A stretch of DNA of 64,000 bases from Carcharhinus longimanus (taxonomy: Eukaryota): assembly GCA_030264375.1 (NCBI GenBank), contig JASCQW010000162.1:25779505-25843504 (forward strand), read 5' to 3'. How positions within the stretch are numbered: the stretch's first letter is position 1; every line of letters begins with the position of its first letter. The position numbers were made by a program, and so were the translations under genes. Below the pieces are notes generated by a model. That model was given only the letters and a program-made list of their open reading frames with translations. It made no database searches and was not told the DNA's origin. Shown here piece after piece: positions 1 through 12,207 of this stretch.

Positions 1-160
1 ACCGCTGGTCACAGGCCTCCAGTTTGAAAAACAACTCTCTACAACCACCCTCTGGTTTCTGTCAAGAAGCCAATTTTATACCCTTTAGATACCTCACCCT
101 GAATCCTGTGAAATTTAACTTTTTGCAACAACCTACCATGCGGTACCTTGTCAAAGTGAT
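1..160 (-). mobile_element. CR1 LINE reverse transcriptase fragment
   Basis: Minus strand reads FDKVPHGRLLQKVKFHRIQGEV, a CR1 RT motif. Confidence 0.85.
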
Positions 161-164
161 TCAA

Positions 165-983
165 GATATGATCTTGAATCACTTTGTATTTTAAAGCTTC
201 GTAATCGCAGGTATTAGCCAATCGATATAAATCATTAATGAAGGAATCAATGGATTCTACTGCACTTGAACTTTGCTCTTTCTACAACCAAATTCATCTT
301 AAAGCTGAAGTACTGATCAAATGCCTCTATGTGATGTTGATGTTTCCTTGACATCTTGTTTTGGTAGGACATCATCATCTATGGCAGCAGATAAAAGTGT
401 ACAGAACTGGTATTTCTGAGTTTTCTCTTGTAAACTGGAAGCCGTTCAGTCCCTTTTGAAGTATCTCTTCCACATTCCCATTGTTGTCCTTGCTGCGAAC
501 CCTTGATGTATTGGAAGGGCTGTGGAAAGGGTAGTGACTACTCAGTAGCTATCGACGTTACGCATATCTCACTGTACCTTCACCCAGGTACTTTTCAAAT
601 TGGATCTTTGTAGCTGCAAAGTCAATCTGTTCACCAGTCATGGATTGCTGATCTGTAGCATCAGTTCTTTAAATGGTGACCTCCACTGCTGCCACCATAT
701 TTTGTCCTCTTACTGAACTTTGCTAAGGTTTTATTGTTATCAAGTCTTCTTGTCTAATTGTACCCTGATGAGATTTGCTTGTCCCATAACAGACTTGAGA
801 TAGTGGTGTAATTTTACTTGAAGCAATTTATAAACAACTATTTACAAAGACCTCAGTGTAAGCATATAGCTTTTGGGACACGACTATTCAGTACTAAGCT
901 CTCTTGGTGCCTCTGACCTTTAATGTCACACATCATTAATATTATCATAGTCTCATTGATAATTATTAATCCATTACTCTACA
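165..983 (-). mobile_element. Gypsy LTR retrotransposon remnant (LTR about 699-983, PBS about 686-698, decayed gag)
   Basis: Minus strand: TGTAGAG-starting LTR, PBS-like TGGTGGCAGCAG, then frameshifted gag WKRYFKR..ASSLQEK..QFCTLL, FDQYFSFKMNLVVERAKF and ESIDSFINDLYRLANTCDYEALKYKVIQDHI. Confidence 0.8.
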
Positions 984-1094
984 ATAGCCTCTTGCCCTTT
1001 TCATTGAACCAGGGTTGGTTCCCTCCGCCTGATAGAAATGGTAGAATGTAGGATATGCCAGGCTGTGAGGTCACAGATTGCGGTTGAATGCACA

Positions 1095-1360
1095 GAAAAA
1101 ACATAAAAAATGGGAGCAGGAGAATGTCATTCAACCTTTCAAGCCTGCTCTACCATTTAATAGGATCATGGCTGATCCTTTATCTCAATGCCATACCCTC
1201 GCATTCTCCCTATACTCCTTGATGTCTTTAAGAGTCTACAAAGCGACTTCCTTCTTAAATTTATTCAGTGCCTTGGCCTCCATAGTTTTCTGTGGTAGAA
1301 AATTCCACAGGTTCACTATCCTCAGAGTGAGGAAATTTCTTTTCATCTCAGTCCTAAAGA
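1095..1360 (-). mobile_element. CR1 LINE 3' end
   Basis: ggagcaggag...gcctgctctaccatttaataggatcatggctgatc tail, shared with the copy at 23280-23390. Confidence 0.7.
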
Positions 1361-1696
1361 GCCTACAACCTTTACAGTCATGTTGTTCCTTAGATCATAC
1401 CCATGTATCAGCAGTTGTCAGGAGCTGCTTTCTCCACCGATGTGTCTGTCTTCCAAGAGGAAGACAAAGGAATGAATATGTCTCCATCATCCTCCAAGAG
1501 AGGTGAGAACACTGCTAGAAATTGAAGCCTTGGGACTTCATTGCAAGCCTACTTGTGACACTAAAATATTTATAGGATCAAGAGAAACTATAACTTGGAG
1601 GGAGGGAAGGGTAGAAATTGAATAGAAACTACCAACAGTATAAGAGGTTTACAGATGTTAAAAAATGCAATGTAATAGCTTGAGACTGGGGGGAGA

Positions 1697-1954
1697 AGTA
1701 GGGAGTAATGGGGTAATGGTTATGTTAATATGATGACATTAAGATGCAAGTGTGATATCAGGTGCAGAATAGTTTCTGTCCTGAAAACCATGTTCTTAAC
1801 CTGAGGTCTTTGTAAACAGTTCCTAATAAATTATTTCAAGTAAAATTATACCTACTATCTCAAGTCTGTCATAGTTTAGACAAAGCTTCATCAAGGTATG
1901 GTAAGACAAGATGGCATGGTAACAGTTAAACTCCACCAAAACTTGATGTCAACA
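1697..1954 (+). mobile_element. Solo LTR of the same Gypsy family, opposite orientation
   Basis: ctgaggtctttgtaaa...ttcaagtaaaattatacctactatctcaagtctgt matches the reverse complement of 785-860. Confidence 0.7.
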
Positions 1955-1989
1955 TGAAATTGGCATGTCAGCTGCAGCACCAGGCATAC

Positions 1990-2705
1990 TTAAAAATTAG
2001 ATGTCAATCTGGTGAAGCTACAAGACAGGATTACTTGCTTTTCAAACAGCATAAGTATCATGCGATTGACAAAGATAAGTGATCCCACAACTAATGGTAC
2101 AAATCCAAGCTCTGCATTCCTGCCATATTCACTCAAGAATGGTGGTGGGCAATTAAACAGCTAGCTGGAGGTGAGAGTCCATAAATATCCCCATCTTCAA
2201 TAATGGGGGAGCCCAGCACATCAGTGCAAAAGACAAGGCTGAGGCATTTGCAACCATCTTCAGCCTGAAGTGTTGAGTGAATGAAGCATCTCGGCCGCCT
2301 CCTGAGGTACACAGCATCACAGAGGCCAATCTTCAGCCTTGATTCTATATTATCAAGAAACAGCTCAAGGCAACAGATACTGCAGATGTTATTGGCCCTT
2401 ACAATATTCCAGCAATGGTAATGAAGACTTGTGCTGCCACACTTGCAGTGCCCATAACCATGCTGTTCCATGACAGCTACAAGACTGATACCTATCTAGT
2501 AATGTGGAAAATTCCCCACGTATATCCTGTCCATAAAAAAGGACAAGTCCAAGACCGCCGATTATCACCCTGTCAATTGATTTTTGATCATCAGAAAAAT
2601 GATGGAGGGTGTCATCAACAGTGTTATTAAGTGGCACTTGGTAGGTAATAACCTCAGTTTGGATTTTGCCAGCATGACTCAGCTCCTGACCTCATTAGAG
2701 CTGGA
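1990..2705 (+). mobile_element. CR1/L2-group LINE ORF2 fragment
   Basis: Colinear with the longer copy at 50100-50830 (gcatttgcaaccatcttcagcc; atgtggaaaatt...cctgtccataaaaaa). Confidence 0.75.
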
Positions 2706-2762
2706 TCAAATCCCCACTTTTTTTATGATCCAGCTATGAGAATACTGAACAAGCTTTATATC

Positions 2763-3659
2763 TGTTAGGATCCGGCTTAATAGACCATAACCATTTGAAG
2801 AATGTAATGTGTGGAAGAACCAAGGGTAAGGAAATAAGCAACAGGACTTTGAACCTGAGTTGAAACACAAGATACTTTTCTGTACAATCTTGAACAAAAC
2901 AAACATAAGCAATGATGAACACATTGGTACACTGAGCAAATAAGATAATGATTCTAAACAATATGTGCTCTATCTTAAACTTAATCCAACAGACTTAGTC
3001 CAATTTAAAGTTTTTAGTGTGCCTTTCACTTTAATAGACTTGTAAACATATTCCCACTCTGGGAGGCAATTCATTTTTCTTTAGGTCTGGCTGCACAGAT
3101 CACAGCTCAGGTCTATGGTATATTCCTACTGGTACAACCTCCTGGTCCAAGCCTAGGCCTATCAGACATATGTAGACACTCCCTTGGTGTCTATTTTGTG
3201 ACTGGACTTCTTGCTTTACAGAGCTATTTGTTCCTAATAAATTTTCAAGAACTCCCTCTTTTTCTCCCTATACACGATACAGTTATTTGGTTAAACACAA
3301 CAGATTGGATGTCTTCAGACCCCATGTCAGCTACTCTTATACTTCTTTGAAAAAAAAACAAACCCACTAGTTTTCATTTTAGAGCATGGCTCCACCCTCA
3401 GCAATTTTCTCCACAGTAACCTCACAGCTTTTTTCCTTCCAAAACCCTCTCAGCTGTATCAGAAGTTCAAGTGTGGTTTGTGAATAGACACAGGCATACT
3501 AAACCAAACCGAAAGTAAAGAATCCACAATTCATTTTTAACTGAAACCAAACTCTACATTGTTAATCCTAATATAACCCACAAAAGAGACAGGTATGGCA
3601 GTATAAAACACAACGTACACATTTATTGTCCACTCTTCATTAGATGACTCCTCCCTACA
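2763..3659 (-). mobile_element. Putative solo LTR
   Basis: TGT...ACA-bounded unit of about 900 bp with LTR-like composition; no clean TSD seen. Confidence 0.35.
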
Positions 3660-3959
3660 GTCTAGGACTTCCCTCCCCATCCATAATTTTTAAAGTTTTT
3701 ACCCACTTTTCATTCACAGAGTGCAAAGTATTAATCAGTTTTCCGTAATCTGCAGGATCATTTCCCAATCTTCTGTTTACATTAAATCCCAGTTCCCAGT
3801 TGTCATTTGTTTCATTTTAATGTTGGCCACTTAACGAGGCCTGTATTTTCATTTAGCTTTGTAGGTATTATTTTAAAGTTGTTTCGGTCAGTCTGGTTTA
3901 GGGCCACATAACCTGATTTGCACCATTCTGGGGCAGCCTCTCTTGCTTCCTGTCCCTTT

Positions 3960-4570
3960 CTCTCACTGCTGACTTTCCAGCTTGCTGCCTTTTTCGCTCC
4001 ATGATCCTTTTTCACACCTGATCCACTGACTGCTCTATCGCTCCCTGGTCTACCCTCTTGCTGCTGGCCCTCTGGCTTGCAGCCCTTGCAGCTCCCTAAT
4101 TCGGCTCCTCATTGCAGACATTGCAGCTGTGGCCTCTCCCATTCCCTGACCCACCTACCGACCCTCCAGTTCATGACTGACCTCTTGCAAATCCAAGCTG
4201 CTCTGTCTGCTTCTCGCCATTCATTTCCAGAGCCCCTCCTCACAGTGAGGTTTCAGAAGAAGGAAGTTGTGAGCAAAAATCTCGGGGAGTGAAAGGAAGG
4301 ATCAGTCAGAGGAAGGGTCATAGAGCAACAGAGGTTGCGAGTCCAGAGAATTGGCAGTGGGAGAATAGATTAGGGAGCAAGTGAGGCTTTGAGCTGGAGG
4401 GTCAGCAATGAGAGAGTGGGTTTGGAGAAGACGGCTGTGAACCCAGAGGATCGACAGTGGGATGGTGGGTTAGGAAGCAACAGAAGCTGTGAGCTGGAGG
4501 GTTGGTAATGAGAGGGAGGGAGTGGGATGTGTGACAATTAGTAAGTTCAGGAAGCAGGACTGGGAGTGAG
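3960..4570. repeat. Imperfect foldback made of about 60-bp subrepeats, centred at 4244
   Basis: The pyrimidine-rich left half is the reverse complement of the purine-rich right half (unit gggagc..aggctgtgagctggagggtcagcaatgagag); centre is cctcac-a-gtgagg. Confidence 0.6.
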
Positions 4571-4579
4571 CAGCATCGA

Positions 4580-4798
4580 TATGGAGATGTCAGTGTTGGA
4601 TTGGGGTAAGCACAGTCGGAAGTCTCACAACACCAAGTTAAAGTCCAACAGGTTTATTTGGTAGCACAAGCCACAAACTTTTGAAACGCTGCCCCTTCAT
4701 CTGGTGAGTGGGAGTTGTGTTCACAAACAGGGCATATAAAGACACAAACTCAATTTACAAAATATTGGTTGGAATGCAAGTCTTTACAGGTAATCAAG
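4580..4798 (-). mobile_element. Penelope-like element terminal repeat fragment
   Basis: aagtctcacaacaccaagttaaagtccaacaggtttatttgg...; reverse complement of 61220-61407. Confidence 0.8.
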
Positions 4799-6890
4799 CA
4801 GCATCAGCAGTGAACAGGATTGGCGGCAAGCTGGAGGTAAGAAGATAGTTAACAAATTTCTTTTATGTTTTTTAATTTATTTAATCTTAACATTCTTTTA
4901 CTTACCAAAACGGGAATTTAGCAATGTAAAATATTTCAACTTACGGGATATAATTTTTAAAGTTTATTTTCTGATGAGCAAGATCCAACAGAATCTAACT
5001 ACAACTTTTACATTGATTTTAATGGAAATCTGATAAAGTTGTCCCACTTAAAATTGCACTTTTAGAAATATTACATCTTTGAGTAAGGACTTACTATATT
5101 TTCATTTTGTTTTATTGACTTTCATCACCCCTCAACTGTCAACGTCTTCATAATGATCTTTCATAGGTCATTACACTCTTTCCTTCTAAACTGTTGGTTA
5201 TCTCTTACTAATTTATCTGATTGTGAGACATAATAACTGGAAAAAGATTAATTTAAAGCACAAATAGCACAAAGGTGCTGGAGCTGAGAAAACAGAAGGA
5301 TGAGTATGCTTGTGCCAGCATATACAAGAAACCCGTTTACACATTTTTGTGAAATTCAATTTTGCTTTCCAAAACAAAGATCATCATTTATCAGTGATTG
5401 ATTACGATCCATGTAGAGACCAATAACCTTAAAACAAATGAATCCCCAAATGACTGCTGACAGGACAAACTAGATTCCACTTTTTGAATTTTTATTGTAA
5501 CAATCAAATCCAAAAATTAATGAGCATTAACAGACAAATCGTATTTCAATTGAAGCAACGGATTTCACTTCAATTGATACAGCAAAGATAACTCCCCCAA
5601 ATTTCTGAGTATCCCTCCCAGCACAAATGTGACGCCATGTAAGTCCCAAAGTAGACGCTCTCACTTTCCCCACTCACTGGATTTGACCCTCTAGTCGCTT
5701 TCACTGACAACTCTATTTCACCCAAGTTCACCAGATACAATAAATATCAATAAAATGCACTTCTTTGAATTTTCGCTCACTGGGTCAAAACAGTCCAATA
5801 GCATAGCTTTCCAATGTTCATTTTCAACAGCCCAACCAATTACATCCTAGTTCACAGTCTGGTCACTTCTCGTTAAAAAAAATCCAGCTCTTTAGCATGC
5901 ATGAGATATTCACACTGCTTTTAAGTTTCAGCCTCTTTTAGTTAGTTCACACTTTGCTCCTCTAAGTGTCCCTGTCTGTCCTCTTTTCTGCTGAACAGAC
6001 AACTGACTCTGTTCTTACAGAGCTCTGCCTGCTTCTGCTCAATACCAGTAGTTGTGTATTTTCTTTTGCATTACAACAGGCTGAAACCCAATACTCCCAA
6101 ATAACTTTTATTTATCTTTTTTGGTTATCTAGTTTTCCTTTCAAAAGCAACCTCAAGTCACTGGGAAATGAAGTCACTGTCAGGAATTACCACATCCAGA
6201 ATTCAAATGACAACCCTCCACTTTCCAAAAGCATTTTTCCACTTCACTGTTATTCTTATAGAAAGTAAAGTCTGAGGGTAAATCCCAGTTTATAGAAGCC
6301 TGGCGCCATACAATGCCATCTCGATCTCTTACTATTTAATGACAGTTCTGAATTGACATAAATTCAGAGAACACAGAATATACCATTCACACGAAGTACT
6401 GAGCTGCAGTGACTCACTGACATTGAGGATCAGGCGAAGTTTAGTCTGTCTTGATTTTCACTTGCAAACCTGGATATGGGTCAAAAACTATTTAAAAAAG
6501 GATGTATTAAGCATAGACAGTTTCTTGCATACATAGGGACGAGAACTATGTGGGGGGGAGAGAAATTCCATCTTGAATACTATTGTTCTTAAGTCAAGGC
6601 AGGGTGAAGGCAGGTAAAAGGAAAATATTGTGGATGCTAGTATCTGAAATGAAATGTCATCTAAACTTGAAACTTGGCTCTATTCTCTCCCCTCAGAAGC
6701 TGTCAGACCTGCTGAGATTTTCCACCATTTTCTGTTTTTGTTGTGAAGACAGGTAATGTTACATCTCGGTTGCGAGTTCGTGACACTGAAACTGGATATG
6801 AAAACTGGCGTCTGCTTCACTCCCCAGCTTCACATTTGAGTAATTGCAACTTTTTAAAAGGTACAGGACTTGTTTTTCTTCATTGGTTCT

Positions 6891-7130
6891 ATAGAATCAT
6901 AGCAGCACACAAATCTCTGTAACCCCATATATTTACCCTACTAATCCCCCTGATATTGTGGGGCAACCTAACCCGCACATCTTTGGAGTGTGGGAGGAAA
7001 CCGGAGCATCCAGAGGAAACCCATGCAGACACGTAGAGAATATGCAAACTCCACGCAGTGACCCAAGGCTGGAATTGAACCCAAAGTCCCTGGTGCTGTG
7101 CAGCAGCAATGCTCACCATTGTGCCACCAT
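6891..7130 (-). mobile_element. HE1-type V-SINE
   Basis: Reverse complement of the tRNA-like head ggtggcacaatggt...; V domain ggtttcctctggatgctccggtttcctcccac; attct tail. Confidence 0.88.
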
Positions 7131-7151
7131 AGGAGTCCAGCTTTCCCCGTT

Positions 7152-7372
7152 TGGCCTCTTTTAAGGTCAAACCAAATAAACAAACTCAAGTTAAATCAGG
7201 ACAAAGTAAAAGGGGCAGCTCCCCAAAAGAAGGGGGGAACAGCCTGAACAAAATCAAACTATAAAGGAAGCTTGAAAACATCAAATTAAAATGTGACTGT
7301 TTGGGTTGATAATGCACTCCAGCCCCTGCGGTGCCCAACAGGTGCAGAAAGTGTCAATTGCACCCGTGGACA
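7152..7372 (-). mobile_element. Tx1-clade LINE 3' fragment (copy 1)
   Basis: Near-identical to 12208-12425; minus strand encodes WAPQGLECIINPNSHILI*. Confidence 0.7.
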
Positions 7373-7529
7373 GATGTAGCTCTTGGGGATAAAATAATTG
7401 AGCTATTCCTGCTTCAATTTTCTAGGTCCCATTTTAAATGAAGTCTGGTTGCACTAACATTTGTGACAGTCCCACTGAACTACCTGGCCAGATGACTGAG
7501 CTGATTGACAGGCAGGGAGTGGTAGATGA

Positions 7530-8018
7530 GCATCGCTGGGATCGAGCTGCCGATGAAGGCCGGGGGGAGGGGTTTGATTACTTCTCCCTGTGTGTGTGTT
7601 TACCTCGGGTCTGGAGGCTCGAGCCGGAGCATGAGCGCGTCATAAAGGAGCGCGCACGAGAGGGGAGAGCGCGAGGCAGGAGCTGGGCTGCCGTCATGAC
7701 CAACGGTAAATTTTTAAATTTGAAGTACCGATCGGGGCCCCCTCTCACTGACTCCCCGCCTGCGGAGCGCTGGCTCAGTCAGCCTGGAGGCCAAGCTTGG
7801 AAAGGAGGAGGAGGAGGAGGCGGCCTTTGAGGACGTGGCGCACCGGGGAAGTAGGCCTCCGGGGGGGACTGTGGTTGGGGGTCAGGCTGATGGTACGAGT
7901 TGCGAGCTGAGCGGCTGGTTTCTGTCTGGGTTCGGAACCTTTAGGCCAACCCTCCGGCTTAAAGGCAATGAGTGACCCGCTTTCTCACGGGGTCCTGAGC
8001 CTTTCTGGCCGGTCAACT
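7530..8018. promoter_or_regulatory. Upstream CpG island, candidate promoter or non-coding first exon
   Basis: CpG-dense; GCGCGCA motif at about 7650, GC box ccccgcc at about 7753, (GGA)5GGCGGC at about 7804; ends at an N-gap. Confidence 0.6.
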
Positions 8019-8118
8019 NNNNNNNNNNNNNNNNNNNNNNNNNNNNNNNNNNNNNNNNNNNNNNNNNNNNNNNNNNNNNNNNNNNNNNNNNNNNNNNNNN
8101 NNNNNNNNNNNNNNNNNN

Positions 8119-8530
8119 CCAGGATGTTGCCTGGTATGGAGGGCATTAGCTATGAGGAGAGGTCGGAGAAACTTGGTTTGTTCTCACTGGAACGACTGAT
8201 AGAAATTTACAAGATTATGAGGGGCATGGACAGAATGGATAGTCAGGGTGGAAGAGCCAATTACTAGGGTACATAGGTTTAAGGTGCGAGGGGCAAGGTT
8301 TAAAGGAGATGTATGAGACTAGTTATTTTACACAGAGGGTGGTGGGTGCCTGGAACTCACTGCCAGGGGAGGTAGTGGAAACAGATACAATAGTAACTTT
8401 TAAAGCGCATCTTGACAAATACTGGAATAAAGGGATATGGTCCCCGGAAAGGTAGGGAGTTTTAATTCAGATGGGCAGCATGGTTGGTGCAGGCTTGGAG
8501 GGCTGAAGGGCCTCTTCCTGTGCTGTAACT
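8119..8530 (+). mobile_element. CR1 (HER1-like) LINE 3' end
   Basis: RMLPGMEGISYEERSEKLGLFSLE...IEIYKIMRGMDR, followed by the tail gggctgaagggcct...gtgctgta. Confidence 0.9.
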
Positions 8531-8628
8531 TTTTTTTATTTTTTGAAGCAGGGATTAAAAATTAAAATCAGAATTCAGCTGTTAGACAATGGCTCAATAT
8601 GTTTATAAACATAGCTGGGCATAATTTA

Positions 8629-9160
8629 GGCGGCATGGTGGCACAATGGTTAGTTCCAGTTTCCTCCCACACTCCAAAGATGTGCAAGTTAGGTCGATTG
8701 ACCATGCTAAATTACCCCTGAGTATCAGGGGGTTAGCAGGGTAAATAAGTGGGCTATGAGTCTCGGGCCTGGGTGGAATGTGGTCGGTGCAAACTAATGG
8801 GCCAAATGGCCTCCTTCTGCATTGTAGTGAAAATAAGGATTTAAATATTGATAGTTATCCTTAGCAGGTCTATGTAACTCTGCTGCTTTACATGACCAGG
8901 GATCCAAGTTCAATTCCAGCCTCGGGTCACTGTCTTTGTGGAGTCTGCAGATTCTCCCCATGTCTGCGAAGGTTTCCTCCGGGTGCTTTGGTTTCCTCCC
9001 ACAATCTGAAGATGTGCGGGTTAGGTTGATTAGTCATGCTAAATTGTCAGGGGGATTAGCAGGGTAAATGACAGCTGCAGGAATAGGGCCTGTGTGAGAT
9101 TGTGGTCGGTACAGACTCGATGGGCCAAATGGCCTCCTTCTGTACTGTAGGGATTCTATG
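8629..9160 (+). mobile_element. Two adjacent HE1-type SINE copies (about 8629-8830 with internal deletion; about 8875-9160)
   Basis: V domain and atgggccaaatggcctccttctg tail in both. Confidence 0.85.
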
Positions 9161-9604
9161 TAACATTAGTAAGATTCGGATTCTCTTTCGAAATAAGATT
9201 ACACTTTATTTTTCTCAAATTATCAATGTTATGATTACCAGAAAATGTCATTTTCTGCTGCATTGAACTTCATTGGCCACCTGTCTGCCCATTCTACTGA
9301 TTTGTCTATGTCCCTTTGAAGTTCTATTCTCCTTATGGTTCTCAATGCTTCTGAGCTTTGTATCATCCGCAATCTTTGAAATTGTGTCCTGTACACCAAG
9401 GTCTAGGTCATTAATAACATATCAAGAAAAGCATGTGGTTTAGATTATTGTATCATGCAAAAGCCTTGTTCAGTCCTGCACAGGAGTATCAGCTGGGCTT
9501 TATGTGCTACAACCTACAGCCCCTGACTCAGATGAAGGCAGTGGTCACTGAGCCACATCTGACATTCGATATTTAATAGGTCACTACCTACTACCATGAG
9601 GGTA

Positions 9605-9953
9605 GGATGGTGGCATAGTGGTTGGCACTGCTGCCCCACAGCTCCAGGGACCCGAGTTCAATTCCGGCCTTGGATCAGTGTGTGTGTGGAGTCTGCATGT
9701 TCTCCCCATGTCTGCCTGGGTTTCATCTGGGTGCTCCGGTTTCCTCCCACAGTCCAAAGATGTGCAGGTTAGGTTGATTGGCTATGCTAAATTGTCCCTT
9801 GGTGTCCCAGAATGCGAAGGTTAGATGGATTAGCGAAGTAGGTATGTAGGGTTACAGGATAGGGCAGGGGAGAGGCTTTGGTAAGATACTCTGTCAGAGG
9901 GTCAGTGCAGACTTGATAGTCTCTTTTGCACTGTACGGATTCTCTGATTCTAT
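9605..9953 (+). mobile_element. HE1-type V-SINE
   Basis: Full head, V domain and gattct tail. Confidence 0.88.
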
Positions 9954-10239
9954 ACTCCAAGAAATCAAACTGTCCATTACATACCACTGAATTGTTTTAA
10001 AAAGTTTATAGTAAGTAAGGATCCCAAATTCTCTTATATTTTTTAAACCAAATTTAAAAACTTTTCTTTGAGGTTGAAATGGCAACAGTTGCCGGGATCC
10101 AGTACAGTAACTACACTTCCTGGAGGGAGGTAAATTGCTTTGGCTTTCAATTTACTCCAAGGATATTAGTGTCGCTGGCACGCTCAGTATTTACCCCATT
10201 GCCAATTGCTCTTGAGGTGTTTGTGAACTTTCTTCTGAA

Positions 10240-11160
10240 TCCACTACAGGCTTGGATTGTTAAATGGCAAGTAACATTCATGTCATCCTGGTGCAAGCAA
10301 TGACCATCTCCCCTAGACATTCAATGGCATTAGCATCACTGAACTCCCGATATCAACATTCTGGAGGTTACCACTGACCAGAAACTGAACTGGACCCAGC
10401 CATATAAATACTGTGGCTACAAGAACAGGTCAGAGGCTGGGAATCCTGCGGCAAGTAACACACCACCTGATTCCCCAAAGCCTGTCCACCTGCTACAAGG
10501 CACAAATCAGGAGCGGTACATTGGCACAGTGGTTAGCGTTGCTGCCTCACAGCGCCAGGGACCCAGGCTCAATTCCCAGCTTGGGTAACTGTCCGTGTGG
10601 AGTTTGCACGTTCTCCCCGTGTCTGTGTGGGTTTCCTCTGGGTGCTCCAGTTTCCTCCCACAATTCAAAGATGTGTGGGTTAGGTGGATTGGCCATGTTA
10701 AATTGCTCCTTAGTGTCAGGGGGACTAGCTAGGGTAAATGCATGGGGTTATGGGGATAGGGCCTGGGTGGGATTATAGTCAGTGCAGATGCAATGGGCTG
10801 AATGGCCTCCTTATGCACTGTAGGATTCCATGATTCTATGAAGTCAGGAGTGCAATGGAATACTCTCCACTTGCCTGGATGAGTGCAGCTCCAACAACAT
10901 TCAAGAAGCTTGACACCAACCAGGACAATGCAGCCCGCTTGATTGCCACACGATCCACTATCTTAACCATTCATTCCCTCCACCTCAGAGGCAGCAGTGT
11001 GTACCGTCTACAAGGTGCACTGTAGCAGCTAACCAAGGCTCCATCAACAGCACTTTCCTGCCCCCATCTAGATGAACAAAGTTAGCAGATTCATGGGAAC
11101 ACCACCATCCACAAGCTCCCCTGCAAACCACTAACCATCCTGACTCAGAGCCACATCACA
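10240..11160 (+). mobile_element. CR1/L2-group LINE 3' fragment interrupted by a SINE
   Basis: [24 protein letters not shown], then MEYSPLAWMSAAPTTFKKLDT after the insertion. Confidence 0.8.
10514..10840 (+). mobile_element. Full-length HE1-type V-SINE with 10-bp TSD
   Basis: TSD aaatcaggag (10504-10513) and aagtcaggag (10841-10850). Confidence 0.92.
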
Positions 11161-11315
11161 GTGGTCATTGAACTCCAAGCAAGATTTGTATCTCTTTTTT
11201 ACCAACCAAATAAACTAAATCAACAAACTAAATGAAAAGAGGACATTGCAACAGTGTAAATAGAATCCCCCAAACAACTATGTGTGTGTGTCCAGGGGGG
11301 AAAAAAGGTTCAGAG

Positions 11316-11920
11316 CAGTATTCTTATTTGCATGTCTTACTGGTGTTCCATTTTGAGGTATGGCTCCTGCTCTGCCCAAGACAGCAAGAAACTACAAAAA
11401 GTCGTGAATGTAGCCCAATCCATCATGCAAACCAGCCTCCCATCCATTGACTCTCTAGTGGTAGAAAAAGCAGCCAGCATAATTAAGCACCCCACGCACC
11501 CTGGACATTCTCTCTTCCACCTTCTTCCATCGGGAGATAGATAGGTACCATCTGACTCAAAAACAGCTTCTTCCCTGCAGCCGTCAGACTTTTGGATGGG
11601 ATTACCTTGTATTAAGTTAATCTTTCTCTACACCCTAGCTATGACTGTAACACTATATTCTGCACTCTCTCATTTCCTTCTCTATGAATGGTATGCTTTA
11701 TGTAGCACACAAAAAACATTACTTTGCACTGTATGTTAACACATACAACAATAATAAATCAAAACAAAGATATACAATACCAGTTTGGACCAGTATTCTT
11801 ATTTGCTTGTTTTACTGGTGTTCCATTTTAAGGTATACAATACCAGTTCAAACCAGTATTCTTATTTCTGTTTTACTGGTGTTCCATTATAAAGTAGACA
11901 AGACCAGTATTATTTGCCCA
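11316..11920 (+). repeat. Minisatellite of about 61 bp (3 units plus a partial) split by the Rex1 insertion
   Basis: cagtattcttatttgc..gtyttactggtgttccatt unit at about 11316, 11791 and 11854. Confidence 0.75.
11359..11770 (+). mobile_element. Rex1/Babar LINE 3' fragment (second small piece at about 11970-12040)
   Basis: YGSCSAQDSKKLQKVVNVAQSI...KAASIIKHPTHPGHSLFHLLPSG is the Rex1 ORF C-terminal signature; ends aataataaatcaaaacaaa. Confidence 0.85.
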
Positions 11921-12207
11921 CTTCACTGCCTTTTCCTTCTGGGATGTATGAAATGTGCCAGAGGGAAGTGTAGAAAAAAAGCAGCCAGCATAATTAAGGA
12001 CCCACACACCTTGGACATTCTCTCTTCCACCTTCTTCCATTGGTTGAAGAAGGTGGCTCACCCTCACCTTCTCAAGGGCATTAAATGTTGGCCTTGTCAG
12101 GGGAACACACGCAAGAATAAGAAGTGTTAGTGGTGAAGATGGCATTGAGTTGGGAAGTCCGGGATTGTGTGCAAGCTCCCCCTCCGCTTCCCCGGTAAAA
12201 AGGAGTC

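Noticed and set aside
5412-6390. Possible solo LTR (also 52892-53731)
   Set aside because: Only TG-start and compositional hints; no TSD or second copy in the window to support boundaries.
7804-7824. (GGA)5GGCGGC as a homologue of the FMR1 CGG repeat
   Set aside because: Short, a different unit, and not shown to be in an FXR1 transcript; such tracts are common in GC-rich promoters.
7438-7830. 130-aa ORF over the upstream CpG island
   Set aside because: No recognisable domain; stop-codon scarcity is explained by GC richness.
9605-9680. tRNA-like A and B boxes (also 10514, 37905 and others)
   Set aside because: These are SINE heads continuing into SINE bodies, not tRNA genes.
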